Positions 36,187 through 50,300 of a stretch of DNA of 64,000 nt are shown piece after piece. The notes below the pieces were generated by a model. It searched no databases, was not told where the DNA came from, and worked only from the letters and a program-made list of their open reading frames with translations. The DNA is from Raja brachyura (lineage: Eukaryota): the NCBI GenBank assembly GCA_963514005.1, contig OY740804.1, positions 5,456,001 to 5,520,000 on the forward strand. The letters are read 5' to 3'. Numbering within the stretch: the first letter of the stretch is position 1; each line of letters begins with the position of its first letter. Both the position numbers and the translations under genes were made by a program.

Positions 36187-39100
36187 ATTCCTTCGCACCA
36201 TAGATGTTGCCGCACCCGCTGAGTTTCTCCAGCATTTTTGTCTATCTTCGATTTTGCCAGCATCTCAGTTATTTCATAAACATAATGTAATGCGTTATAT
36301 TTTTTATTCTTACATTTTATTGGCCAAACAACAAAGGTATGATGCAACTTAGAAAAAAATGGAAGGAACAATTGTTTGTTAATGTTATATAATGTGGACG
36401 TGTAGAGATGATTACAAAATTGTTCTCATTATCTTGCTAAGATTAAGATCAAATTTAGTATTTCACTGCCTTTGAACCTAGCTCTTCAAAACCAAAATCA
36501 GGAAACGCTTTGTATTCTTTGCAAAACTGTGTTCTTCTTGGAAATCAACTGTTGAGCAATGTGTCAAGTTAATTAATGCTCCATCTGTGATGAGGCAAAC
36601 ACAACTGCTTGCTCTTTTTGTAAACAAGCTTTTGCAGTTATTTTTTTCTATTTGTTCTCCATGCATGCTGTCTCACCCAATGAGTTACTCCAGCACTTTG
36701 TGTCTTTTGTGCAAACCAGAATATTCGGTTTCTACATTTTGACGGGTCTGAAGAAGGGCCCCGACCCGAAACACCACCTATCCATGTTATAGATTCTATA
36801 GATGCACCATATCTCACCATTGAGCCATCTACACCTCACGATGCCTCAAGAAAGCAGACAACATAATTAAGGACCTTTTTCACCCCAGCCGTCCCCTCTT
36901 CTCCCTTCTCCCATCAAGGCAGAAGATATAAAAGCTTGAAATTATACTCCACCTGTTTCACGAACAGCTTCTTCAAACCTATTGGAAATGAACACGAGGG
37001 TGTGATGCAAGAGACTTTTAGATAAGTACATGGATATGGATTATGTGCAGGCAGATAAGGGTTTGTTCAGGGCAAGCACTATCAGAGGGGGGGCAACGAA
37101 TGCCATTTGGCATGGGCCTCATGCCTGTCTGCTTCAAAGTGATCTTGATTTGGGGGCCTCTAAAATTGAGGGGCTTCTGCTTGAAATTCTAAAATTGAAA
37201 TTGGCCTGGGCCTCAGTTCATCTATGAGATGGCCTGGTTCCTGGCATTATGTTCGGCACGGACATTGTGGGCCGAGGGCTTGTTCCTGTCATGATTAGTC
37301 TAGTTTAGAGATACAGCATGGAAACATGCCCTTTGCCCCACTAAATTCGCTCTGACCAGCAATCACCCATACACTAGTTCTATCGTGCACACTAGGTACA
37401 ATTTACAGAAGCCAATTAACCTACAAACCTGGAATGTGGGAGGAAACCAGAGCACCCAGAGAAAACCCACGCGGTCACAGGGAGAACGTACAATCTCCGT
37501 AGTCAGGATTGATCCCAGGTGTGTGGCAGCAACTCTACCGCTGTGTCATTGTGCCACCCTGCCTCAAGAAAGCAGCCAACATAATAAAGGACCTTTTTCA
37601 CCGCAGTCATCCCCTCCAATCCCTATTTTGTCCATGATAACAATCAAGCATATATTTGCACTTTGCACAACGTCTAGACTATATCAAATATATATTTAGC
37701 ACTAATTGTTAGTTTACATTTTGAAGCTTTTTGTTAGTTAGTTAGCTAGTTAAGTTTATTGTCACTCATAAGTCGCTCAGCTCTTCGTCTTCATTGCAAA
37801 ATAACATTTAAGTAGAAACGTTATGAGGAACATAAATGAGGAAGAAGTCAGCAAGACATTGTGTATGAAACCACAATGATCTTGTAGATTAACTCTCAAG
37901 TTTCAAATTTTGTCAGCACATTTCAAACATAAATTAATGTTTATAGAGTAATGAAAATGGTGAAAAGAGTCAAAAACCTGGCACGAGTGAGGAATATTTG
38001 GTAATACGGTCATCAGGTCATAAGTGATACGGCCCATCAAGTCTACCCTTCTATTCAATCATGCCTCATCTATCCCTCCCTCCTAACCCCATTCTCCTGC
38101 CTTCTCCCCATAACCCCTTTGATTGCAACAGGATCTGGATCGATTGACCTGGTGGGCGGAGCATTGGTTGATGGAATTTAATACAGTGAAGTGTGAGGTG
38201 TTGCACTTTGGGACGTCGGACGAGGGCAGGACCTACATAGTAAATGGCAGGCCTCTGGGTAGTGTTGTAGAGCAGAGGGATCTAGGAGTACAGGTGCATG
38301 ATTCCTTGAAGGTTGAGTCACATGTAGATAAATTGGTCAAAACGGCTTTTGGCACTTTGCCCTTCATCAGTCATAGTATTGTGTATAGAAGTTCGGAGGT
38401 CATGTTCCAGTTGTCTAAGATGATGGTGAGACCGCATTTAGAATATTGTGTTCAGTTCACGGCACCGTGATATAGGAAAGATACTGTCAAACTTGAAAGG
38501 GTTCCGAAAATAATTACGAGGATGTTGCCAGGACTAGAGTGTGTGAGCTATAGGGTGAGGTTGGTTAGGCAGGGTCTCTATTCCATGGAGCCCAGTAGGA
38601 TAAGGGGTGATCTGAAAGAGGTGTATAAGATCATGAGAGGAATAGGTCACGTAGATGTACAAAGTTTTTTGCCCAGAGTAGGGGAATCGTGGACTAGAGG
38701 ACATAGGTTCACGGTGAAGGGGAAAAGATTTAATAGGAATTTGAGGGGTAAGTTTTTTACACAAAGGGAGGTGGGTATATGGAACAAGATGCCAGAGGAG
38801 ATAGTTGAGGCTGGGACTATCCTATCATTTAAGAAACAGTTAGACAGATACATGGATAGGACACGTTTGGAGAGATATGGACCAAACGCAGGCAAGTGGA
38901 ACTAGTGTACCTGGGACATTGTTGCCGGGTGTGGGCGAGTTGGGCTGAAGGGCCTGTTTCCACACTCTATCACTCTATGATTCTATGACACTCTGACCAC
39001 ACTCTCATTTCACTCCTGCCATTGGGAAGAAGGTACAGGAGCCTGAAAACTGTGACCTCCAGGTTCAAGAACAGCTTCTCAGCAGCACCAATTAGGCTTT

Positions 39101-40947
39101 TGAACACTGCACAATAACCTCAACTATCAAGTATGGACTGTCTTTGGTTGCACCGAATAGATCAGTTATTTTTTGTCCTTATTGGACATTAACTAATTCA
39201 TTTTTGTACATTATATATTAACTGTGTGCATTGTGTTTACAAGCACATTGAGGGGAATAGATAGGGTATGTGTTGGAAGGAACTGCAGATGCTCGTTCAA
39301 ACCGAAGATAGACACAAAAACCTAGAGTTACTCATCTGGTCAGGCAGCATCTTTGGAGTAAAGGGATAGGTGATGTTTTGAGTCGAGAACTTTCTTCAGA
39401 CAGAGTTAGGGGAAAGGGAAACAAGGGTAACAAGGGAAACAAGTCTCTTACCTAGAGTAGGGGAATCAAGACTCAGGGGACAAGGCTTCTGGTGAAAGCG
39501 AAAAGATTTAATAGGATCCCGAGGAGCATCATTTTTTTACACGGTGAATTGTGCGTGTCTGGAATGAGTTAACTGATGAGGTAGTTGAGGCAGGTGCTAC
39601 AAAAACATTTTAAAGGCATTTGGACAGTTACATGAATAGGACTGGTTTAGGAGGAGACGGACCAAACGCTGGCAGGAGGAACTAGAGTAGATGGGGCATC
39701 TTGGTCAACGTGGACAAGTTGGGCTGAACGGCCTGTTTCCGTGCTGTATAACTCCATAAATCTCCAGATTCGTTGTGCTACTGAAACAAAGCATTATATT
39801 GCCCCCCTGTTGGTACATATGACAATCATGCATTCTTGAAGCTTGCGTTTAACAAAACAAAATCGACCAAACGTCCTCGACATGGATTCAGTTCCAGTGC
39901 GTAAAAAAATTTATGAGAAGAATATACCTTGCACTATATTTGTTTTGAGTACTGTTGATATCAATCTTGTAATTGGAGATAGTGTGGTTGTCATTGGTCT
40001 GTTATAAAAATATATGTTATTGTTAATATTTAATGTTTTAGGTGTCATTTCTAATGTCACTGTATGTCACATTGCAATTGCGGGTGGAGCACCAAGGCAA
40101 ATTTCTTGTATGTCAATACTTGGTCAATAAACCTATTCATTCATAAACCTAGTCATTCATTCATTCATTCATCATTGCTCCATAAGTTTATTCAAGTTAT
40201 ATTGAGGCAAGGAAATAAAATTAAGTTTCAGCTGTTTTCACATGCAGTGAATAAAGATAACAAGATTGTCAGATGGAACCCATTGCTTTGAGTAAAGTGC
40301 CAATTAGCTTCAGAGATATGGTGACTATTATTCAATGGAATTGGACGTCTTAGTTGAGTTTAGTTGAGTTTAGAGATACAGCATGGAACAGGACCTTTGG
40401 CCCACCTAGTTCACTCCAACCAGCGATCCCACCCGCACACCAGTACTATCCTGCACACACTAGGGTCAATTTACAATTTTACCGAAGCCAATTAACCTGC
40501 AAACCTGCACATCTTTGATGTGTGGGAAGAAACGAAAGATCTCAGAGAAATCCCACTTGGTCATGGGGAAAATATAAAAACTCTGTACAGTCAGCACCCG
40601 TAGTCAGGATTGAACCCGCGTCTCTGGCGCTGAAATGAAGGCAGCAACTCCACCGTTGTACACACGTACACCCTATGTATCATTTATATTTTTGTGTGTC
40701 TACGTGTATGTGCCTGTGATGTTGCCACAAGCGTGATTTTCATTGTACCTGCACCTCACCATATGTGCATATAGGAATAAGCCAGACTTGACTTGAAACT
40801 GCTCAGCAAAGTATATTACAATGATGTTCTCATGAGAAAAAGTACTTCCAGAACAATTGATCTGATGGGATGTCATAACTTATAGTTTCCCTCTTCTAAA
40901 TATTCTTCACAGTTAAAACAACGAGGCATTTCCAAGACTGAATACAA

Positions 40948-40953
40948 TTTATT
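40948..40953 (-). terminator. Candidate polyadenylation signal of gene C
   Basis: AATAAA on the minus strand ~370 nt past the stop, in unique sequence. Confidence 0.4.
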
Positions 40954-41323
40954 CCTCATGACTGCAATGTCACGCTACACAACACAAAATAATAAGTCAT
41001 TGCTATAAAGGCTAGCAACATTGTTTTGATGGCACCTTTACTGAGTGAATAGTGAGTGAACCAAGTTAATTGTTTTAGCAAAAGAAACATTAATTCTCTG
41101 CAGTCAATTATGAAAGCAAAATGAAAAACACTTTGTCAACGCCCTTTATGGGCGACTATTTGCATACCTTGGGTTAGCAAGCAAAGAATTTCACTGTGAC
41201 TTGTCACATGTGACAATAAAGTATTCATTCATACATTCATTCATTCAAAATAATAATGATCATTTGGTCTTGTGGGAGAGTTGTTTCTCAGTCACTATCA
41301 CCAGTGGATCTTCATTCTGCCTT

Positions 41324-41359
41324 CTACAGCAAGCTGTGAGGTTTCGGTTCATTGGGTCC
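41324..41359 (-). CDS. Gene C terminal coding exon (GPNEPKPHSLL*)
   Basis: tttttatttgcag acceptor; phase 0 matches the TM exon. Confidence 0.7.
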   Translation of the reverse strand, partial: GPNEPKPHSLL

Positions 41360-44300
41360 CTGCAAATAAAAATATCGAAGTCATCAGATTCATTAACTCG
41401 GGGAATTGTGCTTTATTTCACAAGGCCACTCACAACAGAATTCTGCTTCCAATTAGCACAGCGATGCAGCTGATAGAGTTGCTGCCTCACAGTGTCCAAG
41501 AATTTGCTTGGATTTTGACTTTGGTTCTATCTGTGTGGAGTTTGCATGTTCTCGCTGTGGCCATGTGAGTTTCCACCGTGAACTCCGGTTTCCTCCCACA
41601 TCCCAAAGACTTGCGGGTTTACAGGTTAATTGGCCTGTGTGAATTTCCCCAAGTGTGTTGGGATTTGGGTTGAGAGAATGGGATAACATAGAACTAATGC
41701 GTACGGGTGATCAATGGCCTGATAGACACAAAGTGCTGGAGTAACTCAGCGAGTCAGGCAAGATCTTTGGGGAAAAAGGATGGGTGACATTTCAGTCGGG
41801 ACCCTTCTTCAAACTTAAAGTAGACGGGAGGGAACTGGGGTTCAGATAAGATGGCCTGCATGGTCGCAGTGGGCCAAAGGGCCTGTTTCCATGCTGTATT
41901 TCTCTCTGCTTCAATGACTGCACAACATCTACGTCAAGCACTTCAGTTCATTCTGCACACAAACATCTTGTCAAGGCCTATTGATATCTTCTTCGTAGAG
42001 CATAGGTGTAGCAATGTTAAAACATTTTGAGATTTTAAAAATCAAGTCTGCAATTTATCCCATCAGATAACGCATAAAAATAAGTTTAATTTGACACCTA
42101 ATTCACTTTCATATCTTCAGTATTAAAAAAGTTATGGCCATTTTCATACTCGGAAATTAGCAACTTGTTTCCTATTGCTTTTCTATTGACTTAACACAAA
42201 AGTTGTGATCGAGGACAGCCAAAAGCCCATAACTTTCTTAAAAATTAAGAGAACTGAAATACATTTTCAGTTATTATAGATTGAAGTATTCTGAAACAAA
42301 TATGAAACAATCTTACTTGGATGACCTGAAATTAAAGTATATAATGAGTTAGTTACCCAATTGTAACTAATTACAAAATTCAATTACTAGATCTAAACAT
42401 CTATCCATTTCTTAAGAAAAAATTAACATTTTTTTTAAAGCTTAAGTGTCCAATTAACGTTCACACAATAATTCACAATATAACATGATTTTTAAATCTA
42501 ATTGTCATTAATTTATAGGCCAAATTGAAGGAATTTAGTGTTTAATGCCTGTAGATTAATGGCCATTTAAATCAGCTTGCGAGTGGGAATTTCTGGAACG
42601 CGATAGATTGGAACGTTGCGGTTGTGGTGAATTTAAACCCCATATCGGCAGGTAAAATTCTGCCGGTTCGTATGGGGAATAAATCACCTTTTCGCAACAT
42701 TAAATGGTGATTAAGGTAATCTAAAAAAGCAGATTTATATGTAAAAATAAACAGCTTTCACTTCCCTGTCCCCCACGTAAAATCCGTCCCCGTTGTCGGC
42801 GTTCACGGCATTAGGAGCTCATTTTTATTTTACTCCAGCGCTGAAATAGTCGGGCTATTTAAAATAAAAAAAAATCACTTACCGGCAGTCGGAATGAATC
42901 TCCAGAAATATCTCGCACTCCGAGAAAATACAGCTCCGGATGGCAAGGGGAAAACCGCACTTTAACCCCGCCCCCCCCCCCCCCCCCAAAGGCGCCAAAG
43001 TCGCGCACACGGCCAGTGACAGAACTGCAGCACCGCTAAAGTTAAGTATTGTAACATACCTAATAGGTGTGGCCTGTATTTGTGAAATACTTTATCTAAA
43101 CACTTTCCGTTTGTTTTATTTTATCAGCATGTTTGAAAGTATTAATGGACATCATTTGGAATCAGTCAGCGATTCTGATGATCTCTGCAAAACATACCTT
43201 CCTTATACTTGTGAACAATGAGACTGAGATACTGCAGATCCCAAGCAGAGCGAAGTACAGCCAGCGTCCCACCTTCCATGTCATGGAACTGAGCAAAGGG
43301 GGAAAGATACAGAATCAGTGGGAGAAAACAGACTAGTTTGTGTTGGAAACATTCATATCCTAATTGTTGTGAAATCTCTGCATGGAGCAGGGTACAGCAA
43401 CAGAGCCCAGGGAGTTCAGCTGGGAAATTCCACGGTCCAGGATCTCGACCCAAAACTACACCTATCCCTGTTCTTCAGAGATGCTGCCTGACTCGCTGAG
43501 TTACTCCAGCATTTTGTGTCTAGCGTTGATAAAGTTAGATAAGAAAAGATGGGAGAAGTGACGAGTGGTCTGTAAACACCAGCATGGACCAGCTTAGTTG
43601 ATCTTTTCTGTGCCTTAAATCCTATGTGACCAGATGTAACTCTGCGTAATCCTGGAACCTCATCACATTTAGGGTATTGTGTGCATTTCTGGTCACCATG
43701 TTATAGGAAAGATTTTGTCCAGCTGGAAAGGGTGCAGAGAAGATTTACGAGGATGTTGCTGGGACTCGAGGGCCTGAGCTATAGGGAAAGGTTGAGCAAG
43801 CTAGGTCATTATTCCTTGGAGAGCAGGAGGACGAGGGGTGATCTTATGGAGGTGTACAAAATTAAGAGATGAATCAACAATTACTTTCTCATCCTTTTTC
43901 ATTACATTGGCACATTTGATAGAGCTGCTCTCTTAAGGCGCCAGAGACCTGGGTTCGATCCTGAACGCAGGGTGTTACCTGCGTGGATTTGTACAATCTC
44001 CCTATGACCTCGTGGGTCTCCTGCAGGTGCTCTAGTTTGCTCTCACATCCTAAAGGCATGCGGGTTTGGAGGTTAATTGGCATCTGTAAAATTGCCTTTA
44101 ATGTGTAGGGATTGAACAATAAAGTGGTACAACATAGAACTAGTGTTAACGGGGGGATCGAAGATAGACACAAAAAGCTGGAGTAACTCAGCGGGTCACA
44201 CAGCACCTCTGGAGAGAAGGACTAGATGACATTTTTCGTGTTGATACACTTCTTCAGTGATCTAAGGCTGCTGTGGACATGTAGGGTGGAAGGGCCTGTG

Positions 44301-47300
44301 TCCGTGCTGTTTCTCTAAAGCTAAAAACCAAAACCAATAGCTAGAGTCCATTTGGCCCATTGAGTGTATGCTGGATCTTCGATCATTCCTTTCAATTCTA
44401 CTGCGCACTCCGATCCCAACATTTGAATCGATTGAAGTCAATACTCTGATGCACTTAACTCGCAAATGAAAGAGGAAATTATCTTCCAATTAATTCTCAT
44501 AAGGAAGTAGAACAAATCACAACAGCAGTAATAACATAATTGTACCGTTCCGTGCAGGTGGATCGGGTGGTGTCATTTTGACTATCATTGGATCTTTTTT
44601 CTGTACTTGCAAACGGTGATTCAGTCACTTTAGGTTCTGTTGAGACAAGGAAATACAATTCAGCATCACCTGCTTTTCACTTGAAATACAAGAGAGATAC
44701 AAGATACGTTACATTTATTTGTCACGTGTGCCAATTGGCACAGTGAAATGAAATCACCATGCAGTCATGCAGTAAATCAAAGAACACAACACAGAGTTGA
44801 TAGAATTCAACATAAAACATAAGTTCATAAGTCATTGGAGCAGAATTAGATCGTTTGGAACATCGACTTCGTCAGTTCATGTTCATATGTGATAGGAGCA
44901 AAATTAGGCCATTCGGCCCATCAAGACTACTCTGCCATTCAATCATGGCTGATGTATCTCTCCCTCCTAACCCTATTCTCCTGCCTTCTCCCCATAACCC
45001 CTGACACCTGTACAATCTCTACCTTGGAAACATCCAGTGAATTGGCCTCCACTGCCTTCTGTGGCAGAGAATTCCACAGATCCACAACTCCCTGGCTGAA
45101 AAAGTTTTTCCTCATCTCAGTCCTTATTTTGAAACTGTGACCCTTGGTTCTGAACTCCCCCAACATTCTGGACTTCCCCAACATTTTCCTGCATCTACCC
45201 TGCCCAATCCTCTAAGAATGTTATATGTTTCTGTAAGATTCCCTCTCATCCTAAATTCCAGCGAATACAAGCCCAGTCGACCCATTCTTTCATCATATGT
45301 CAGTCCCGCCATCCCGGTCTCACCAGAGCCCTTTGTAATTCCTTGCTCCTAAACTCAAATCCTCTTGCAATGAAGGCCAACATGCCATTTAGAATTCTCC
45401 ACTGCCTGCTGTATCTGCAGGCTTATTTTCAGTGACTGATGTATAAGCACACCCAGGTCTCGTTGCACCTCCCCCTCTCCTAATCTGACACCATTCAGAT
45501 AATAATTTGACTTCTTGTTCTTGCCACAGTGGATGGAGATGGAACATGGAGATGGGGATTGGCAGGGGATGGAGGGAGGGGGAGCGGAGGATGGGAATGT
45601 GGAAGAAATGTGTGCACATTCAGATTGGATGGGATTGGAGCAGGATTTGTTCGTTATCTCAAAATGGAGAATTCATCGTTCATGCCTCTGGGTTGTAAAC
45701 TTCCCAAGCCAAATATGAAGTGTTGTTTCTCCAGTTTGCGTCTGGCCTCAATCTGGCAACGGAGGAGGCCCAGGACAGAAATGTAATTTAGATACATTTG
45801 ATATACTTGTTTCTCACTGATCTGTTCCTGTCCGATCATTAGTTTGAGTTGGAATGCAAACCTCTGACAGGGTGATATTTCATACAGTTCAGAGGCAGGG
45901 AAATGTGCTGAGCGTCCCAGTTGAAGTGGGTGGCCGCTCAGTGGGAGAGAGCCCGCACTGGGTGAGAGGAACATGAGTGGGGTTTCCTGACCCCCGCCCG
46001 CTCCCCACAGGTCTCTGCACTGCTGCGGAGCCTTGGAATATCTGTGCTGCCCTGACTCTTCCCGGAGAAACATGGATCAGGCGTTTCAGTGGAGACATCA
46101 AGTCTTGTACTCACTGGAATTTAGAAGATTGAGGGGGGAATTTGTCGAAACGTCCAAAATTCTTAAGGGGTTGAACAGGCTAGATGCAAGAAGATTGTTC
46201 CCGATGTTGGGGAAGTCCAGAACAAGGGGTCACAGTTTAAGGATAAGGGGGAAGTCTTTTAGGACCGAGATGAGAAAAAAAAAATTCACAAAGAGAGTGG
46301 TGAATCTGTGGAATTCTCAGCCACAGAAAGTAGTTGAGGCCAGTTCATTGGCTATATTTAAGAGGGAGTTAGATGTGGCTAAAGGGATCAGGGGGTATGG
46401 AGGGAAGGGAGGTACAGGATACTGAGTTGGATGATCAACCATGTAATATTGAATGGCAGTGCAGGCTCGAAGGGCCGAATGGCCTACTCCTGCACATATT
46501 TTCTATGTTTATATGTTTCTAAGTCAATCGCTGAGAAACGTACCGTCTGATACAAGGAGATGAACGTTAAACATTAGATCAAAGCCAGGTTTAGTAATTC
46601 CACAGCTGTACCATCCTGTATCTCCAGAGTGAAGATCCTCCACAGTCACAGTAAATATTCCTCTTGCCGGGCTATCTGTGAGTGACACTCTTCCGCTCCG
46701 TCCGTGTTGCCCATTTGTTTTCAGTAAAACTGTACACCCGCAAGTCCACCCGTGACACCAGTATTTTGTGTGTGAGTGGTACCATGATTCGTAGTGACAA
46801 TCGATTGTGATATATTTTCCCACAACTCCTCTTACAGATTTCTTTGCCCACAGAGCACCTGAAACTGAGAGGAGAAATCGTCATAAAATGTACAGGACAA
46901 ATCTACTTAACACAGCATTTGCTGGCCCACCCACTCTTCCCCTAACCAACGATGGGCCGAATGGTCCAACCCGTGTCTGGACATTCACTTACCCTTGAGC
47001 CAAACACGAAATGCCGGTGGAACTCAGCAAATCTGGCAGCATCTGTGGAGGGAATGGACATGTGACGTGTCGGGTTGGGACCCTTCTTCAGGCTGATTAA
47101 AGTAGGTTGGGGAAAGCTGGAAGAGAGGTGAAGATGGGATAAAGCCTGGCAAGTGACAGGAGGAAGGTAGACACAAAATGCTGGAGTAATTCAGCGGAAC
47201 AGGCAGCATAACAAGTGGATACAGATGAGGGGGGAATTTGGACTGGTTCACGGTGGACAAAGACTGGAGGTGAAAAGCGGTCAGAAGGTTGTCAGATAAG

Positions 47301-50300
47301 TCAAGTCAAGTCAAGTCACATTTATTTATATAGCACATTTAAAAAACAACTCTCGTTGACCAAAGTGCTTTACATTTGTTATAAGAGTAGTATACACAAG
47401 CAGGCTACATACATATATACAAATAGCCCTCGCTCAGAGGACGTCAGGAAAGGCTTGGGAGAACGGATACATTTTTAGACTCGACTTAAAGGAGTCGATA
47501 GAGGGGGCAGTTCTAATGGGGAGGGGGTTGCTGTTCCACAGTCTCGGAGCTGCGACCGCAAAGGCGCGGTCGGTTGGTCGCCCCTGAGCTTATGCCTAGA
47601 CTGCGGGTCATTCAGCAACCCCAAGTCGGCCGATCTGAGGGACCTGGAGGTGGTGTAGTGGGTGAGAAGACTTTTAATGTAGGTGGGTGCAAGCCCATTG
47701 AGGTCTTTGTAGACAAAGAGGAGGGTCATGAAATGTATTCAGAACCGCATAGGGAACCAATGGAGAGAGGCCAGGATCGGGGTGACGTGGTCCCTTTTTC
47801 GGGTGCCCGTCAGGAGTCTTGCTGCGGCGTTTTGGACCAGTTGCAGGCGGGACAGGGAAGATTGGCTGATGCCAGTGTAGAGGGAGTTGCACTAATCTAG
47901 GCGGGAGGAGATAAATGTATGGATGATCTTTTCGAGGTCATCAAACTGGAGGAATTGTTTTATTTTAGCTATCATCCGGAGCTGGAAGAAGCTAGCTTTT
48001 ACCACGGCATTGACTTGTTTGTCAAACTTCAGTGCTGAGTCAAATATCATGCCAAGATTTTTGACGTGAGGTTTGAGTAGTGGGGTAAGGCTTCCAAGGC
48101 TGCCTGCTATCATTTTGATTGAGATAAGAGAGCAGCGAAGCAAAATATAAAGTCAGAGGGAGGGGTATATTTGGCAGTGGTTAGGGGGGAAAGGGAGGAA
48201 GAGGCATGGGTGAAATGACTGTACACCTGCGTGGGGCCGAATGGTCCAACCCGTGTCTGGACATTCGCTTACCCTTGAGCCAAGCACAAAGTCCCGGTGT
48301 AACTCAGCGACTTTGGAGGCCTCGCGTGAACGCTGGTCGCCGCGGGAAGTCGAATGTAATACCGATGATGACAACGATATTTTAAAATTGATGACTGTTG
48401 TTTGAAAAATGCCACAAAGGCAGTTATGATTGTGTTACTTTTTTTGTATGTTTGTTTTGTTTATGAGTAATAGTATTTGTATTTTTAAAAAAAGTGTAAC
48501 TCAGCAGATCAGGCAGCATCTGTGGAGGGAATGGGCAGGTGACGATTTGTGTCAGGACCTTTATCCAGGCAAACATTAGTAGGAAAGTGAAAGCTGGCAG
48601 AAAGGTGTGATGGTGGGGGGGGGGGGGGGGGGGGGGGGGGGTGGGGGGTGGTAATGAGAGGGGGGAGGGGAAGCCTCCTTGGTCATCCACCAATTTGCTC
48701 TCCCTCTCCATGCATGGCCCTTTTCAGCCCTTGTGCCCCAGTGACTTTAGTCTGAAGTGCAGTCATTGCCATTGTTGGACCAGCCATGTCTGTACTCCCC
48801 CCACCCGGGTCAGTCCACCTACCTGCCCCTGCCTCAGCCCCTCCCCCCCCCGCCCCCCCTTCTCCTCGTTATGTCACCTTCCAAACACACCAAAACGTGT
48901 GACCACTAATTGTCTGCCTGTAATGGCCCAGAAAGACATTGAGTTCAAGACCATAAATTATGGCTTTGACAATCGATGACATTGGCAGAAGTTCCATTTG
49001 ACAAAGGGGACAGAAGGGTTACCGTGGACTACAGCATGATTAGGCTAGAACGGTAAAAGAGTCAAGAGTCAAGAGAGTTTTATTGTCACGTGTCCCAGAT
49101 AGGACAATGAAATTCTTGCTTGCTGCAGCACAACAGAATATGTAAACATAATACAGAACCAGGAGATAAAAGTTCAGCGTGTCTATATACCATAGACCAT
49201 ATATACGATATATGAAAAATGATTACTAATGTTGAGAATGCTGTCGAAGCAGTCAAGTTCCTCATTTAATTTCTTCATCCATGATCTGGAGCCATTTTAT
49301 TTTTCATACATCATATATTAAATAATCGGTGGAGTATAATTTGGAGAGAACCTATGTGGAGACAAAGTTATTCCACAACAGCTTTTAATAAGAACTTTGA
49401 AACTGTTAAAGTGTTTACAAAAAGGAATGGGTGCATCTACACTTTGAAGCTATTACTTAGATGAGCTTCCTTAAAATAAGAAGTTCATTCTTATTGAGAC
49501 CCTTCATCAGATTGTGAGTCAGGGAGGGGGAAACTAGATGTATGGGAAAGTACAGAACAACGCAGAGACGGCAACTATAACTCATTGGTCCATTGTTGGC
49601 TGGGGATGAGGTGATAACGAAGGAATAAAAAACGGTGAAATTAGCAAGAAGACTAGGGTGGGGGAGGGACAGAGAGAGAGGGAATGCAAAGGTTCATAGA
49701 AACATAGAAAATAGGTGCAGGAGTAGGCCATTCGGCCCTTCGAGCCTGCACCGCCATTCAATGTGATCATGGCTGATCATCCAACTCAGTATCCCGTACC
49801 TGCCTTCTCTCCATACCCCCTGATCCCTTTAGCCACAAGTGCCACATCTAACGCCCTCTTAAATATAGCCAATGAACTGGCCTCAACTACCTTCTGTGGC
49901 AGAGAATTCCAGAGTTCCTTGCAGTTAGAGAAATCAATTATAATGCACTGGTAGACACTAATGCTGGAGTAACTCAGCGGGACAGGCAGCATCTCTGGAG
50001 AGAAGGAATGGGCAGAGTTTCGGGTCAAGACCCTTCTTCAGACTGATGTCAGCGGAGTGGGCAGGACAGATAGAATGTAGTCGGAGACAGTAAGACTGGT
50101 GGGATAACTGGGAAGGGGAGGGGATGGAGACAGAGGGAAAGGAAGGGCTATTGGACGTACACATTGGATACATTGTGTAGTACCATGTTACAGAGAGAGG
50201 GTGTTTACATGACTATATTCCAATACCGGTCATATTATTATGTACTGAACATTTTGCAGCTTTACGTGGCTACACATTTTTAACAATCTGAATGAATGAA

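Larger units (their letters stand above)
30888..39711. repeat. Tandem segmental duplication: copy 1 30888-35460, copy 2 35457-39711
   Basis: Colinear high identity over SINE, unique and CR1 blocks; ACGT present at start, junction and end. Confidence 0.92.

Noticed and set aside
46955-48308. 75-bp direct repeat (46955-47025 and 48235-48308) as LTRs
   Set aside because: No TG..CA ends or internal retroviral genes; looks like a local duplication of repeat junction sequence.
48614-48670. Poly-G run as a functional G-quadruplex
   Set aside because: Simple homopolymer at a repeat end; no supporting context and length unreliable.
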